Below the pieces are notes generated by a model that had not been told where the DNA came from, did not search any database, and saw nothing but the letters and a program-made list of their open reading frames with translations. Made by a program: the position numbers and the translations under genes. A DNA stretch of 64,000 nucleotides from Callorhinchus milii (Eukaryota), in the NCBI RefSeq assembly GCF_018977255.1, contig NW_024704742.1, positions 46,316,001 to 46,380,000 on the forward strand, in the 5' to 3' direction. The stretch's first letter is position 1. Each line of letters starts with the position of its first letter. Shown piece after piece: positions 11,860-23,945 of this stretch.

Positions 11860-11965
11860 CTAGCTGATTTCCGGTTCTTTACCCAGAGATGCTTGTGTTC
11901 TGGCTTCCTTGGCTGAGAATAATTATCTTAGACAGATCCACCGATCAAACACCAGGCTTTCCTAG
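11860..11965 (-). mobile_element. Possible 5' part of an ancient LF-SINE-like chondrichthyan SINE
   Basis: gctgatttcc...ggctgagaataattatcttagacaga...gatcaaac...tttcctag resembles the reverse complement of a recalled shark SINE head; weak. Confidence 0.3.
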
Positions 11966-12040
11966 TAGCACATCCCAGCTATTCCCTGGATACTCCCATC
12001 AAATCTCTTATTTAAATTTCTTGTTTTGTACACAAAATTA

Positions 12041-12359
12041 TGGAGTCCTGTAGCTCAGTGGTTAGAGCACTCGCTTTGCAAGCGAGGCACCTGGGTTCAA
12101 TTCCAGTCAGGGCGAAACCTTGGACAAGTTTCCTCACTCCACACTCCTAATAATAATCCCTCCAAAACAAAAGAAACAATAATAAATTGGTCATTTTCAA
12201 TCCACGACTGTTTGTGGAACACTGCTGTGCGCAATTGGCTGCCACGTTTTGCCCACAAATATATGATCAATTCACTCTACAGCATATTCTGTGAAGCGCT
12301 TTGAGACATCTAGAAGATGTGAAAAGCGCTATATCAAATGCAAGGATTATTATTATTAT
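12041..12359 (+). mobile_element. tRNA-derived CORE-type SINE, inserted in an older SINE tail (continues 12360-12462)
   Basis: Full head with ctcgc-tttgcaa-gcgag anticodon arm and B box ggttcaattcc; a second tail copy follows the (ATT)n. Confidence 0.95.
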
Positions 12360-13939
12360 AAAATATACAGTCAATTCACTTTACAGTATATTCTGTGAAG
12401 GGTTTTGAGATGTCTCAATTATGTGATATGGCACTATATCAAATACAAGGACCATTATTATATAATTTCCCACTCAATTTAAAACCATTCTCTTTTTGAA
12501 GCACTTTAAGACTTTTCTTTATGTGAAAGGTGCTACATAAATACAAGTTGCTTTTATTTTTCATATTTATGTGTTTAATGTTCTCTCAGCAATAGAAGTG
12601 ATAAGTCAAGCTGTTCTGCCTAATAAAACTTGCTTTAAGTACGGCCAGCACTAAATCAAATGTCAAGCCATATAAGCGAGCTATATAGAGCCACTGATGC
12701 TGAATACCTAATGCTTAGTGATTACCTTAGTGGATACCTTTATTAATAATTGATTTAAGTATTGAGACAGATAGACATTTGCATTCTAAATATTTTTTGA
12801 AGCAATTGAATCATCTGTAAGACATAGATCAGCTGGGTTCCTCAAGAGCCCTCAGGAATATCCCAGCAAAGTGATGTTGTGGCTGCAGTCTGCAGAGAAA
12901 TCTTTTCTGGACAATTTCAGATCAGAGTATCTGGGAGCGAAATCATTGGGGAGGCGAGATCTGTGACAAGGAGCCAAAGAGTTGAATCAGTTGTTGCTTT
13001 TTGCCATACTCAGACATAGCACTGCCATCTTTGATGCGTCAAATCTACTGTGTATGACAAGCCTGCCTTGTTACATTTCAGATCTGCTATCAGATGTTAT
13101 TGATTTAAAATATTTGTATATTAAATTGTTCTCTACTCAAGAAGTACAGTATTTGTCCATTTACAACTACAGAGTGTTGGTTCTGCTCACATCTTTAACA
13201 TTGTGAATTAAAATATAATTGAAAATGGAACATTTATATCTTAATACAGGATATTTATGATTATTTTAATTGACTCATATAATTCTGTCGCTGCTCTCTA
13301 CAAATCCATCCCAGAGTCCCTCCAGCTCGCTCCCTCCCATATTTCAAGGTACATCTCAAAATGTATTTCTGCTTTTGGTCAGACAATTCCTTTAGGAAAT
13401 ACAGAGGACTGGCTTGAATGTTAAGAATTAATTGAATAATCTGCTAAATTTGGGATGATCAGAAATGTTACATAAATAACATAAATAAGTTGAAATGTCT
13501 TCCATCTCCCTCTTGCCTCCTGCTGTCTATTTTGGAGTTGGGGATGTGTTGGATAAAATTGAGAATTTATTGAATGTAAACCAACTTGAAACACTGAATT
13601 TTGCCCATTAAAACATCCTAAGATTCCCCAAATTCCTTTCAAATTTCAGATTGTGCATAATTTTGCCATATGTTCAAATTCAGGATTTGGGAGCCAGGTT
13701 TATGTATTGCTTAAAATGGAACTGTAGTAAAGACTGGTTTGAAAAGAAAGGCTGAATTTAAGAACTTAAAATTCTGCACAATCTGAAATGTTAAGACAAA
13801 TTATGTTACAATTTAAATTATAATAAATGTAATTTTAGACTTTTGAAATATTGTCAGTTCTCTTAATGCTAAAAACCATATAAAACTTTTGGCTCCAAAT
13901 TTCATATATTAATCCTGGGGTGTCAAACTCATTAGTTAC

Positions 13940-14065
13940 TGATCAATGAAATTGTGCTCCTACAAAATACACAGTCACACACACCACTTTATAGTATACC
14001 TGTGAAGTGCTTTGAGATGGCTCGATGACATGTGAAGGTACTATATCAAGCAGAAGATTTATTAT
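13940..14065 (+). mobile_element. SINE 3' tail fragment
   Basis: cctacaaaatacacagtc...ctgtgaagtgctttgagatg...gaaggtactatatcaag. Confidence 0.7.
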
Positions 14066-15166
14066 AGAGCATCCTCAGTGGTCTCCCCTCTCTGTCCATC
14101 CATTCCCCCCTCCCCCCTTTCGGTCTCACAGACTTGAACAGTCATTCTGTTGGACTCAGTCTATTGAGGAGTGCATTTTGAGCGGAAAGTTCTGGGTTTC
14201 AACCTTTATAATTTTTTTTCACTCTATTACGATGATAAAATCAATGTCAAAAGTCACAAAAATATCCTTCTAAGAGAGAGGTAAAAATACACAGGATATA
14301 ACTGAATTGGAATTGGCTTCATGAAGACATTTTAGGGAAATCTGCAGTTATCTAAGGCATTGTTAATCGTTAATGGTTAATCAGCATGCCTGACTTTTCA
14401 ATTCGACTTGGAGGGGAAGAGATATCCCCATCCCTGCAAGCCAAAGCTCACAGATAGGGTTTGATATATTCCTAGCAGGATAAGTACCATGAAGCATAGC
14501 AACGTTTAATACTCAAAATGCAGTTACAATAATTTAACCTATCTGCAGCTCTATAAAATGTTAAATAAGTTGGATGAGTCAATTACAAATTATTCATTTT
14601 TTATTGGAAGGGCTGGGTTTGATGGGCCAAGTGCTTTTATCAGCTCATACTTTTTCATCTTAAGTAATTTTGCTCTTGTTGCAGTGTGCAATTTATGTGA
14701 AAATCTGCAAACTTGCTAATTTTAGTGTTTTGCTAATTTTTACACATTTGCACCACTACACAGCGCCAACTAAAGTCATATGTTATCCCAGTTCTAATGA
14801 TGCCAGTTTTATATCTTAAGTGCTATTTGGAAAAATCTTTAAAATTGCATCTGACAAGATGCAAAGTGAATTAACAGATGTCCTAGCAGAAAGTGTAGGA
14901 AATAACAAGACTGATGCACAGGGATATAGAAAGTTTCATACAACTGAAAAGATGAAGCGACGATGGTGAAAATCTAAAATAAGAGATTAATCAACATCTA
15001 CCAGCATTGCAATTCTGTTGCATAAAAGGATCATCATTCTTGGTGCTTGATGCAACATCACCTAGTTAAATGACCTCTGATGCTATTCTGACATTAGAGA
15101 CCTAACAGTGTTGGAACTGCATAAAAAGAAGGCAAAGGACAAGCAATCATTCAAGGTGACAGTAAA

Positions 15167-15237
15167 ATCATAGAAATATACAGCACAGAAGGAGGCCATT
15201 CAGCCCATCGTGTCTGTGCCTGAGACACGATGGGCTG
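15167..15237 (-). mobile_element. Very short CR1 3' end with fold-back junction
   Basis: atcatagaaatatacagcacagaaggaggccattcagcccatcgtgtctgtgcc is the CR1 terminus also seen at 28691 and 54968; it is followed by the inverse of its own 15 bp. Confidence 0.85.
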
Positions 15238-15556
15238 TAATAACAATAATAATTCTTGCATTTCGTACAGTGCATTATGTCGTTGAGACATCTCAAAGCG
15301 CTTCACAGAATATATTGTAAAGTTAATTGATTGTATATTTTGGGGGCGATAGCTGGCAGCCAATTGCACACCTTAGTGCCCCACAAACAGTCGTGGACTA
15401 AGTGACCATTTTTTTTTGAGAAATATTACATATGGAAAGCGATCTGCCAATCGACAAACAATCATGTTCCTACTTACTGCAAGGTAAACAGAGGGGTAAA
15501 GAAACTTGCCTAAGGTTTTTCCCCACCTGGGAATCAAACCCGGGTCCTCTCACTTA
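15238..15556 (-). mobile_element. tRNA/CORE SINE, long subfamily, 5' end incomplete
   Basis: Reverse strand reads ggtttgattccc...ccttaggcaagtttc...cctctgtttaccttgcagtaagtaggaac...ttggcagatcgctttcc then the shared tail. Confidence 0.85.
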
Positions 15557-15949
15557 TTAAGGTTATTGAAGAAAGGTAATAAAAGCATTTTAGCCAGGAC
15601 GCAACCAGAAAACCTATGGCTGGTTATGTGTTCTACATTTCTTACATTAAGTAACTTCAACAGCAATTCCACGCAAGGAATTTTCTCTTATCTTTTATTA
15701 TTTGATAATGCTTTAATACAAAGTATAAATCATAACAGCAAGATAACCCAATCATATCACTTATATTCTAAAGCATGGTAAATCTTACAATAGTGGATTG
15801 CAGCAGTCGAAGATTGGTTATAAATAAATAGTCCATGAGCCATTCACTCCATCCTAAGCCAGGCAGAGAGCTTTCAGAACTTCCCAACAATAAAAAAACA
15901 ACAAAAGAGGACTTCAGATAAAAAAGGCATTCCATAGGATTTACAAAGT

Positions 15950-16180
15950 TTACAAAGAATAGACAGCATGGAAACAACAGTTCGTGCTGGTGTTTATACA
16001 CCACACGAGTCTCCACCCATTCCTTACTGCCTCTCATACCCTTCTATTCTCCTCTCCCTCATGTCCCTCAGAAAGCACATGTAAACATATCCATCTTCAA
16101 AACGTCTTCCTCTGCTTTTATCCTCATCGTATTTGTAAAGCACTTTGAGATGGTATCCTACGTAAACAAGTTAAAGTTGT
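15950..16180. mobile_element. CR1 3' fragment (minus, 15950-16070) followed by an L2 3' relic (plus)
   Basis: tgctggtgtttatacaccacacgag...cccttctattctcctctccctcatgt matches 62285-62362; cttcaaaacgtcttcctct...aaagcactttgagatg is L2-like. Confidence 0.55.
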
Positions 16181-18134
16181 CGATAAAAATAAATCTTATA
16201 TTAAAACATAGCTTCACTGGATATATTGTAAAGCGTGCTTTGTGGGCGAACTTGATGTTTCTCCATGGCTTATAAAAAGTAAGCAAAGATGGTGATTTAA
16301 CTCAGTCAACTAACAATTAATTCAACTCATTCAACAACTATTTCAACTCATAATTGATATATTGGGGGATGTATACTAGTGTACATTACAATTTTAATTT
16401 GGGCAGGTATATTTGATGGTTATTGTGTATAGTTGGTAGGGCAGCACGACTTTGGCCAGGTTTGAAGTTCCCTACAGTTCCTGCTTTTCGATTTACTTCT
16501 AATATCATAGTAACCTTTCTGAACGTTCGACAGTTGGCAGACTGATCACTTTACTGTGTTGTCGGTGTTCTCACAGACACAATCTTGGGCACTCCTGTAT
16601 CCATTTGGTCATGGAATTGAGCAGAACATTTGCTACCATTTGGACAAGTTTTTCCTCATGGAATGATTTAAACATAGGATAGAAATTGTCAGCACAGAAG
16701 GGGGCCATCTTATCTTTGCCGCAGTTATGAAATTTCCCATTAGCACATCTGGATTTGTGACCAATTTACTTCTTACAAGGGTCTTGAGGCTCATTTTCTG
16801 CTTATTAAGATGCTAAATTATGATCAATGCAGCACCATACTCATTGGTTTGCCGAACATCATGAATCATGGGTATCATGGGGCTGATTCGAGAAAACCAT
16901 ATCATTCCATCATGTTTATAAATTCTCCTCCCGCAAAAGCTATTCTTCCATTAAAGGACACAATTCCCGATACTCCACAAATCTCCTCTAAAATTTGATC
17001 AGTTGGGATTGTATCTATGGGACTGAGATGCTGGCTCTTTTTCTAAAAGAGTAAAGTAACAAAGATCCATTTCAAGATGAGCAGAACTCATTTAAAGACA
17101 AAACAACATTTAGATAAAGATGTGGCAGTTGACACCACAAAATGGTCTGAAACCAATTAAAATGGTGCTGATTTTTCCTTGTAAACTAGCTTTTTAGTTT
17201 GCTCCATGATTATTGTGATGGCAGTCAGAGACTCTATGTGATAATGGAAGAATTTATCACCACTAATGAGGAGGGTGGGGGCCAGGAGAAAAGAACCATA
17301 CAAGTGGTCCGGCTGTTTTAATGTGCTGAACAGTGTTTTACAGAAATCAAGCTTGGGTATCTCTGCAGTTGAATAACTTGATTTGCCCTTTATTACCAGC
17401 ATCATTCAATCAAAGAGAGTGAACCATTGACTTTGACAGGTTTGATAACAGAAACAGCTACTAAGTTAAGAGATTGTACTTGAAGCACCCAAAATTGAGA
17501 TGCTTGTTTCTCTAAGGAGTCAGAATCTTCATTTTTCCATTGTGTCTCTGTGGGTGAAAATCGAAAGGCTCATGGGGCAGAGGTGGGCATTGCAGAGGAA
17601 TAATACTGAAGATATCCTGGTTCTTTTATATAAGATGGAAAATCAAGTAATAACTTGCCAACAAAAGGTTACTATGAATTTCCCTGCAGGTATCATTCCC
17701 CTTAATAATAGAGTGAAATACATATAGAGCAATCATTGTTCTAAGGACTATTTTGCCTCAATCTCTTTCACACTGACAAGTCAGGTGTTTTTGTGAAGAA
17801 AACCATCTTTTAAATCCACAGCAACTGAACATATCTTCAGCTGCCGTCCATAATACTTGCAGAAGAAAGAGTTTTATTGCATGATGAAAAATAATGAGCA
17901 TACAGAACACACCAAGTGAAGATGTTACACTTGGTTTGTTTAGAGATAAAGATAGAAGCAGATATAGACATTCCCCAACAAATGATTAAAAGTGTTTTCA
18001 CAATAATAGTCAGCGTATGACAGTTGTTATGCGCACACATCTTTCTGAATTAAAAAATGGATACGTGGATGCAGCACGCTGGGTCCATATCATTGGATCA
18101 TACGTGACTTTTGACTTTCAGTAGTAGAGTACTG

Positions 18135-18345
18135 CCCACTCTGGAATTTCATCCCGGAGTCCCTTCACCATGCCCCTTCCCTCGCCTGAAGACCTTCCTC
18201 TTTGACTGTCCCTTCAGTCATCTCCACTCCCCACTTCCCTTGGCCCCCACCCATACCGAATCCAATTCCCAGCTCAGGTACGAACCCTCAACTTTCTAGC
18301 GCCTTGGAACTTTCTTCTGATGTGAAAGGCACTATATAAATGCAA
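18135..18345 (+). mobile_element. L2 3' fragment
   Basis: RLKTFLFDCPFS and tail agcgccttggaac...tgatgtgaaaggcactatataaatgcaa. Confidence 0.85.
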
Positions 18346-19049
18346 TGTATCATATTTGTTCCCTGATACATTCGTTTATTAAAAGGGTGGTGTTAATTCT
18401 GATTTTAAGAATTCTCCAAATGTATCACTATCTTACATTTCAAAACAATAGTGTTAAATTTAGTATTTTGTGGTCACTAAGCTTATATTGGATGGTGGAC
18501 ATTCATGGCACAGGCACACAGAGATTTGGAAAAGGGACTGATCTGCATATTTGCAATTTTTGTACCAGTTTTATTTCATTTTTGAGGCCATTGTGAAAAC
18601 ATTAACTTTATATTAGTATCATTGAGAAATGATACATTAAAAATGCATGCAGCTTAGCACTGACAGAGCCAATTGAGATTAGCGACAGTACTGCAAAGTC
18701 AGCTGTAAAGCACACATTGGACAGTTGCTTAGAATTCAGTTGACAAAACATAAAATGGTAAAAATACTGGAGTTGGTCAAAACATAACCTGAAGAAAGTC
18801 TGTGAATACTTTGCTGTTTTCAGCACCCTGCATAACATAGCTAGAGTGTCTGGTATTACAGTCAACCTGTCAGAGAACAACGAGAGAGGATTATGGAGGC
18901 AGACAAGCAAGGTGATGCACAAAGAGGGAATGCCATATCCAGATCATGTTGCTGCCAAGGGCATTCATGAAGCAATCATCCTTGATCACTTATGCTGTGG
19001 TTTCTGAATGTTAAATAGCACTGCCTATCTTTTCCATTGTATCTATCAT

Positions 19050-19165
19050 CTTATTTTACCTCCCCAGCCCACATGGCTCTCACCCCACCTCGGGTGCCAA
19101 GCGGGACTGTTAAGCACCTTGGATATTCTCCTGATGTGAAAGGCGCTGTATAAACATAAATTTTA
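19050..19165 (+). mobile_element. L2 3' terminal fragment
   Basis: agcaccttggatattctcctgatgtgaaaggcgctgtataaa. Confidence 0.65.
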
Positions 19166-19511
19166 ATTATATTGTGCTATTAAGGTCAATTTTATTACAT
19201 TGAAAATTAAAACCAAATTTACATTTGTTTCCAAATTGTGCAAATCACACAGTTTAAGACAATGGTCCTGAGACTAGGATGAGGAGAAATGTTGGATCTT
19301 TTTGATCAGTTTTATAAAGTCTCCTACTTAACTGAGGATGACCTGATTCTGACTGTGGGCCAATAGCAGAGACATACAGCTGAAGTATTTGACCAGGGAA
19401 CTTTTGAGCTTTGTAAATGGGAGAACAATGATCTGATCAAATAGAAACCTTTTCAAGTTTGTTACAGGAAATTGGTGCTACATCCTCAAATTGGTCTGCT
19501 ATTAGACTCAT

Positions 19512-19557
19512 TAGCGCTATATCAAATGCAAGGATTATTATTATTATTATTATTATC
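19512..19557 (+). mobile_element. Solo SINE tail (extreme 5' truncation)
   Basis: agcgctatatcaaatgcaagg(att)n; a similar piece lies at about 25788-25830. Confidence 0.75.
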
Positions 19558-20149
19558 ATGTTGTTGGGAGTGATGAATTGTATGCAAATCACTTTACTCT
19601 GCAAGGTACATTGTTTAATGTGACTCTGAGTTCCCACCTAATCATCACAAACAAGAGCCATGAAGAGGATAAAATTGAGGAATCTGCTTTATAGCAAGTT
19701 ATTTAACTTGGAAATTAAATGGAGAATGGGAGAACACAAGTATAAAATTCTTCAGCTATTTTAGAGATCTATATGATTTATCATAGTGGACATTTGGAAT
19801 GGACTCCTATCAAACCAAATAATGATGCCCAGAATAACTTAGTGTATCTATCTGGTCATGAATGGGATTAAAAGTTGAGACATCACCACATCATTGTCAC
19901 TGGAAAAGGGGATTGCTACATAAACAGGGATTTCTCCAGATACCCCCTTATACAGCACACAACATCTGGCAAGAAAACTTTAGCAAGTGAGTTTTTAATC
20001 AGGCTGTATACTGTACAGGACTGACTGGAGAAAATGCAGTTTACGGTGTGGCTGTTGTTTGTTTCAGTCGTCTTGCAGTGACGACGCCATCAAGTGATTT
20101 TGATGCAATTAGTAATCAAATGCACCATGGAGTATAATGGTTTAAATGG

Positions 20150-20331
20150 TTTCTCTTCAACCGTGCCTTCAGCTCCCCTCTTGACTCCCTACCCCCTACT
20201 CGCTCCCTCCTTTCACCCTGACCATTTCCCCCTTGCTCGGGTCCCGATCCAACTGTCCAGCGCCTTGGGACATCCTCCCGACGTGAAAGGCGCTCTATAA
20301 ATGCAATCTTGTTGTTGTGTTGTTGTTGTTG
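20150..20331 (+). mobile_element. Young L2 3' fragment with TSD
   Basis: Near-identical to the 49500-49700 L2 3' end; (GTT)n tail; ttaaatg duplicated at 20142-20148 and 20332-20338. Confidence 0.93.
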
Positions 20332-20664
20332 TTAAATGTTGTTAGTTCTATGGAGAGAAGCAAGCCTGGGTTAAATAATAGATATGTAAATAATAGATAG
20401 AAACACTTTATAGAATATTGCTGAATTATTTTGGGAGAGATCTTGCAGAACATTTCTTGAGAAAACTAAGTGGTTTGAGTTAGGAACAGGCTTGATTTGC
20501 AAAATAGCTTCTTCTAACTCTCTACTTTATGTGGCTCAGGGAAGCCCACATTCAATTGCCATTGCCAACTAAATAGACCTGGGGAAGCTTACTCTTTCTC
20601 AATGGACAATCTATCAATTTCATTTAGACAAACAACTAAGTTCTGTACACTATCAAAATGTTAG

Positions 20665-21187
20665 TGGGGACTTGGAACTCATACAGTCTAGTCTGACATT
20701 CCATCACAGTGATAGGGTGTGCTACATTGTCAACGTGCTCTTCTTTGGATGAGCCGTTAAACCAAGCTCCCGCCTGCCTGTTCAAGTGGACATTAAAGAT
20801 CCCACGGCACTATTTGAAAAGCAAGAATGTCCTAGGCAACAATTCCCCAATATACTAGGTAATTTCTCTTCAACCGTGCCTTCAGCTCCCCTCTCGACTC
20901 TCTTCCCCCTCCTCACTCCCTCCCTTCCCACCCCTCACCCTGACCATTTCCCCCCTGCTCGGGTCCCAACCCAACTGTCCAACGCCTTGGGACGTCCACC
21001 CGACGTGAAAGGCGCTCTATAAATGCAATCTTGTTGTTGTTGTTCATGCCTGGTTGTGGGATATTGCTGTGAGCAAAATTGACTGCCAAGTTTGCCCACA
21101 AAACACACACTTTACAGTACATCTTGTAAAGAACTTTGTGACATAATCCCAATGTGAAAAGCGCTATATCAAATGCGAGGGTTATTA
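20665..21187 (+). mobile_element. Deu-domain SINE interrupted by an L2 3' fragment
   Basis: ggatgagccgttaaacc...gtggacattaaagatcccacggcactatttgaa; the tail resumes at about 21045 (ggttgtgggatattgctgtg...). Confidence 0.8.
20863..21044 (+). mobile_element. Young L2 3' fragment nested in a Deu SINE
   Basis: accgtgccttcagctcccctc...gacgtgaaaggcgctctataaatgcaatc(ttg)n. Confidence 0.93.
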
Positions 21188-22659
21188 CCAGAATACTTTT
21201 GGGATAAAGGATTGAATCAGTAAAGTGAAATGGAAACCATACTTGGAATCATGATAAGTAGCCCACTATTTTCTAACATAAGAGGTAGCAAAAGGAGGGG
21301 AGGCAATTGCATTTCACAAGAAGCAGATAGCTATGAGGTGTTGATGGCGGAAAGTCACACTGAGGAATCAACAATTTGAAAATGAGCCGGTGAAACAAAA
21401 TGCTTGCTTGAAGGGTAAAAAGAAGGAATGAAAACAAACTCTTGTAGTATAGGTAAAACAACAATTAGATAAATGGAGCAGGTGAGTTTAATGTAGTGTG
21501 GCTCCAGTTGAGCTCCAATCAAATTTTGTTTAATTGAACATGCAAAAATTTGCATTTAAATTGGTGAGAAATTAATTGTTTGGACACATTGAGGCTAGGA
21601 GGTCCGAAGACAATTGGCACAGTACCGCCAAAAAGGATCAGCAGAAGATCTAATCCAGTTGTTGACGGAAATGTGGTTCCATTCTCACTTTGTTTGCCTT
21701 CTGGCCATGACAGGAAATGTCATGCCAGCTATATTTGTCCTAGAGCTATGTTACCAATTCTTTTTGTGTCTGTCTACTGTAAGAAAAACCATAAGAGTCC
21801 ATCGCATTTCAGTTCAACTTAGCTCTGCTGATAATATATCAGGTATTCCTAACTACATTTTGTTCCTTAATTATCATCAGGAATAATGAAATAATGGTAC
21901 TGAACTTATGGTTGAAAGATATCCTTAAAACATGTTGTCAACAGCAGGTTCGAGGCCAAGCAGCAACCTCACCCTAATTTCTGGAAAATAGTTCCTCCCT
22001 GAGATTTTTCAATGTCTTTCTTGTATTTAATAAGTGAAGGGGCCTGAACAGTACATTCTTGGTGGCTGAACAGTTTTCTAACTTTAACCTTTAAAATTAT
22101 TTATAAACTGGCATCTGGTGAAGAAGCATGAAATTGCCGCTCTTGAGGGAGAATTGAAAGACTTCACAATTTTATTCAATGTGAAGGTAACTTGAATGTT
22201 TCAACTTTGCATGTACATCCACAACGCATCAAAGGGGAAAGAAAATAACAAGCAGCATTCCTGTACATAATGTTTAGAGTAAAGCTGAATTCAGTGTTAC
22301 CCAAACAGAAATGAAATGTGGTGCATATTCAAGAGCGTGCTCTTTTATTATGAAATACTTTCTCTCTACTGTTATTATTTGTTTTTATTCTATGTATAAA
22401 ACAATTCAAAAACTGAATGCAGATAACTAGTTTTCAACTTAGTGCAGCGAGCAGCTCAAAGCTGAGTTATGTAACCTTCCAACAAGGTTTTGAAAGACTC
22501 ATGCTGACAACTGACAGTTTGCAAAATAAATCAGAATAACTGACCCAAAGAGGATTCCATTCCAGCAGAACAGCAGACTGGATTCATTTATAGACAGAAA
22601 CCTTGAACAGTGGATTCTAACAAAAATGTAAGCCCACAAAGGTTATATTGTTTTATCAC

Positions 22660-22802
22660 AGAATAATAATAATAAACCTTGAACTTGATATAACCCCTTA
22701 TCACATCGTCGCGAAGTTTCAAAGTGCTTCACAGAAAATACTGTAAAGTGAATTGACTACATTTTATGGGCGAAACGCAGCAGTTGATTGGGCACAACAG
22801 GA
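22660..22802 (-). mobile_element. SINE 3' fragment
   Basis: (aat)n...aagtgcttcacagaaaatactgtaaagtgaattgact...gggcgaaacgcagc. Confidence 0.8.
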
Positions 22803-23051
22803 TTCAATAAGCACATTTAAGGACTTTTAGATATTGAGCACTGTGTATGAGTACGTGACAAATATTTCTATGACAGCACATGCATGAGATTGTGTAACTG
22901 TAATCATGTTGTAATCATGTTAAAATCAGCACATTTGAAAGATTCCGTTACACATTGACCTGTTTAAGTTAATTTTTTGCTGCTTTCATATTTTGTGAGT
23001 TAAATCCATGGAATCAAATTTCACTTTGTTAAAGCAATTATTATAACCTAA

Positions 23052-23240
23052 TCATAGAATCATAGAAATGTACATGGCAGAAGCAGTCCATTCAGGCCAA
23101 TGAGTCTGCTCTAGCTCTCAGAGCAAGTTTTACTTTTAATCTCACTACTCTGTCCTTTTCCACATCTCTTCAGACCTCTAACTTTCATATATCTCTCTAC
23201 TTCCCTCTTGAAGTCACTAATGCACTCTGCCTCTAGCACC
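23052..23240 (-). mobile_element. CR1 3' fragment
   Basis: atcatagaatcatagaa terminal repeat ((TTCTATGA)n on the element strand) followed by CR1 3' UTR-like sequence. Confidence 0.7.
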
Positions 23241-23254
23241 AGATCAGATTTTCA

Positions 23255-23525
23255 ATACGTCTTTCAGGTGAGCTATTAAATTAGGGCTTGTCTACCTTTT
23301 CAGGTGGATGTTAGAGATCCCAAGACGCCATTTGAAATGAAAGTCAGTTTTCCTAGTGAACTGGTCAATAATCCATTAGATCAATTGTTTGTTCACCTTG
23401 AAGCAATTTGTGGGACTTAGCGGCTGCAAATGACGACCTTGTTTGCTTACAAGTACAAACCATTTCAATTGACAGTCATTATCTAAGACTTCAGAGCAAG
23501 TGTGAAAGAGACTGACAAGAATGCT
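23255..23525 (+). mobile_element. Deu-domain SINE fragment
   Basis: gtctttcaggtgag...ttcaggtggatgttagagatccca...ttgtgggact. Confidence 0.7.
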
Positions 23526-23844
23526 TTTGTTTCTGTGAGGAAAAAAGACACAGCAGGACTCCTGAATGTAACAAAGCATGTCCAGATTCAAATACATTTC
23601 TAGATACATGGCAGGTTGAACGACTGCTGTGTTCTGACCTTGGGTAGCTACTTCGCATTGCATTGTTACTAGCTGACAGGACTTTGGTAATCTTGTGAAT
23701 AGACTGTCAGGAACAACTTTCGAGGAGTGATGTGATTGTTTGCGTCGCTCCCCATGTGCCAGGGAAGATGTAAATCACTCCCTGAATATCAAAAAAGCTC
23801 CAAACTGGCAATAACTTTATCAACATTTGCTGTCCCCACCACTG

Positions 23845-23945
23845 CACTGCCAGACTAGACTACGAGTTTGAAGTCCCAACGTGGGGATTGAACCCACACC
23901 CTTCTGACTCAGAGACAAGAATGTTATCAGTTAAGCCAAGTTGAC
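23845..23945 (-). mobile_element. Deu SINE tRNA-like head fragment
   Basis: ttgaacccacacccttctgactcagagacaaga...taagcca is the reverse of the SINE head. Confidence 0.75.

Noticed and set aside
14878..14970. Possible small coding exon (DVLAESVGNNK...)
   Set aside because: The acceptor lacks a pyrimidine tract, the donor is weak and the peptide is not recognised.
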